Below are positions 32,344 through 33,999 of a DNA stretch of 33,999 nucleotides, piece after piece. The DNA is from a virus. Its lineage: Duplodnaviria > Caudoviricetes. Below the pieces are notes generated by a model. It had not been told where the DNA came from. It worked only from the letters and a program-made list of their open reading frames with translations, and did not search any database. The stretch covers positions 1 to 33,999 of IMG/VR virus record IMGVR_UViG_3300032274_000031. One strand, given 5' to 3'. The first letter of the stretch is position 1, and each line of letters opens with the position of its first letter. A program made the translations under genes and the position numbers.

Positions 32344-32372
32344 TTGACATGGAATCTCGCCCTGGTGCAATT
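32344..32372 (+). promoter_or_regulatory. Putative capsid-gene promoter containing a GANTC site
   Basis: TTGACA at 32344, GAATC at 32352, weak -10 (TGCAAT). Confidence 0.4.
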
Positions 32373-32592
32373 TGGGGGCGCGGCATATCCTGGCTAGACC
32401 CGCATTAGATAGCCCGTTCGTCGGTACGCAACCCGGCCGGATCGTGAGAGGGCGATTAGGCGGCATATCACTGGCACAGACCCGCCGAAAACTGGCCCGC
32501 ATTGGAAAGCGCAATTTCCGAAGCAACCGGGCCAGTGTTTTTAATCCACAAAATGCAGGCCCTTTATTCTAGTTTTTTAGAAAGGGCTCATT

Positions 32593-33432
32593 ATGCCACA
32601 AGATAACCAAATCGAAGAATGGTTTGAAACCCTGTACAACAACGATGTGAAACTGGCCTATCAGCGAGAGGCATCACAGATCCGCGGTACGGTTCGAACC
32701 AAAAACAACGTTAAAGGCAAAACCACTAATTTCCGCATCGCTGGCAAAGGCGAAGTGGGCGACAAAGTGCGCGGTGGTGAAATCCCCATGTTCAATGCGT
32801 CCCGCGGCAATGTGCCATGTACGCTCGTTGATAAATACGGCGGTGATTCCGTCGATGATCTGGATGAGCTGAAGCATGATGCAAATGAGCGCATGATCAT
32901 GGTTAAGTCAGCGTCCGGCGCACACGGTCGATATACAGACAGCGCCTTAATCACAGCGATGGATACAACAACCAATTTTGTTGGGGACTATACAACCGGA
33001 TTAACAAAGGCGCTGGTGCAAAGTGTGCTTGAAAGCATGAAAAACAAAGATGTGCCCAACGATGGCGAGCGATACGCGCAAGTGACGGCGCACCAATGGG
33101 AGGAATTGATGGGTATCAAGGAATTCTCAAGCGCTGATTATGTGGGTTCGGATCTTCCCTGGTTGTCCGGCACCGAGGCAAAGCGTTGGCGTGGTGTTAT
33201 GTGGATGGCGCATAGCGGCCTACCAATTGTCGGCACCAATGCAACGGGCTTTATCTACCATAAAACCGCTGTTGGCCATGCCATAGCAACAGAGCTGAAA
33301 TCAACCTGGTCCTGGGAAAACAAAATGAGCGCTCACTTCCTCAATACGAGGATGAGCCAGGGGGCCTGTTTGGTTGATGCGGATGGGTGTTTTGAGTTGC
33401 GAACCGATAACACGGCGGCGCTACCCGCCTAA
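32593..33432 (+). CDS. Major capsid protein
   Basis: 279 aa; DVKLAYQ..S.IRGTV, VDDLDELK, A.GR.TD, DVP.DG.R, EFSSADYVG, YHKTAVGHA; follows the scaffold. Confidence 0.92.
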   Translation: MPQDNQIEEWFETLYNNDVKLAYQREASQIRGTVRTKNNVKGKTTNFRIAGKGEVGDKVRGGEIPMFNASRGNVPCTLVDKYGGDSVDDLDELKHDANERMIMVKSASGAHGRYTDSALITAMDTTTNFVGDYTTGLTKALVQSVLESMKNKDVPNDGERYAQVTAHQWEELMGIKEFSSADYVGSDLPWLSGTEAKRWRGVMWMAHSGLPIVGTNATGFIYHKTAVGHAIATELKSTWSWENKMSAHFLNTRMSQGACLVDADGCFELRTDNTAALPA

Positions 33433-33444
33433 ACAAGCATTGAT

Positions 33445-33474
33445 AACCGGCGGGGCACGTCCTCGCCGGTTGTT
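33445..33474 (+). terminator. Hairpin/terminator after the capsid gene
   Basis: AACCGGCGGGG-CACGT-CCTCGCCGGTT-GTT. Confidence 0.6.
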
Positions 33475-33521
33475 GGGCTTCACTAAAAATCGATCTTTTC
33501 ATTAATCAAGAGGTTCTAGAA

Positions 33522-33788
33522 ATGGCTTACAACAATGAAACAAACCCGTTAGGTGTTTTGGCACAAAACGGGCAATTCAAGTTCCTGCAATATGCGACGG
33601 CTGACGACACGTTGGCCACCATCAACACCGCGGGATATTTCAATCTGAGCGCTGCCATGATGCCGATTGGCTCCCTGTTGTTTATCCAGGGTTCGGATGG
33701 CTTCGGGCTGTTCGTTGTTAAATCGAACGCGGCCGGTGTCGTTGATATCGATGACGGAACGGTAGTTGGCGCGACCGATACGGACTAA
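33522..33788 (+). CDS. Small virion protein (head decoration-like)
   Basis: GAGGT RBS; YATADDTLATINTAGYFN motif; lies between capsid and tube A. Confidence 0.65.
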   Translation: MAYNNETNPLGVLAQNGQFKFLQYATADDTLATINTAGYFNLSAAMMPIGSLLFIQGSDGFGLFVVKSNAAGVVDIDDGTVVGATDTD

Positions 33789-33806
33789 AGATAAGGGGCG
33801 CGGGTA

Positions 33807-33999
33807 ATGCTATCAGAAACCACATTGTGTTCTCGCGCCCTCGTTATAGCCGGGGGCGAAGCTATATCTTCGTTTGATGAGGGCACCTTATCAGCGGATA
33901 CGGCAAACGATTTATACCCTGGCGTTCGCGATTTGGTGCTTTCTATGCACCCCTGGCACTTCTGCACCAAAACGATCACGCTGACGGAAGACGCGGCCA
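33807..33999 (+). CDS. Tail tubular protein A, 5' part (continues at base 24)
   Basis: AAGGGG RBS; MLSETTLCSRALVIAGGEAISSFDEGTLSADTANDLYPGVRDLVLSMHPWHFCTK, the typical C.RAL..G...ISSF...Y...RD..L..HPW.F pattern. Confidence 0.88.
   Translation, partial: MLSETTLCSRALVIAGGEAISSFDEGTLSADTANDLYPGVRDLVLSMHPWHFCTKTITLTEDAA
33977..33999. repeat. Terminal 23-bp overlap, copy 2
   Basis: Identical to 1-23. Confidence 0.97.

Noticed and set aside
33977-33999. 23-bp terminal repeat as a biological direct terminal repeat or att site
   Set aside because: It falls mid-gene and the frame is continuous once one copy is removed, which is typical of assembler overlap on a circular contig.

Overview
The window is an apparently complete, circularly permuted temperate phage genome of about 33,976 bp: bases 1-23 equal bases 33977-33999, and the tail-tube gene reads in frame across the join. 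It looks like a phage-plasmid. A podovirus-type virion module (terminase, T7-like portal, scaffold, capsid, tail tubular proteins A and B, four internal or ejection proteins, tail fibres) is combined with a plasmid replicon (RPA-family RepA, iterons, DnaA box, AT-rich tract) and a short ParA plus ribbon-helix-helix partner. I see no integrase and no phage RNA or DNA polymerase. GapR/DUF2312, the Xre-family HTH and strong GANTC depletion point to an alphaproteobacterial host. Most interesting signals: (1) a family of about 16 degenerate 22-bp palindromes (GCAYCGCCAGATNTGGCGRTGC) at about 10 loci, many in-frame inside genes, usually with an adenine exactly 4 nt outside the edge and often a GANTC, clustering at an orphan N6-adenine MTase gene in the partition operon; (2) eight dispersed arrays of GATATC-like hexamers with an 11-bp period, a likely scattered centromere/operator; (3) two tandem promoter plus C4-like structured RNA cassettes upstream of a second (lytic) replication gene; (4) a class-3 lipase in the lysis cassette; (5) a PBECR3-like nuclease domain on an ejection protein; (6) a cluster of structured RNAs with micro-ORFs. 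All family assignments come from motif recognition by eye, and all counts are manual.
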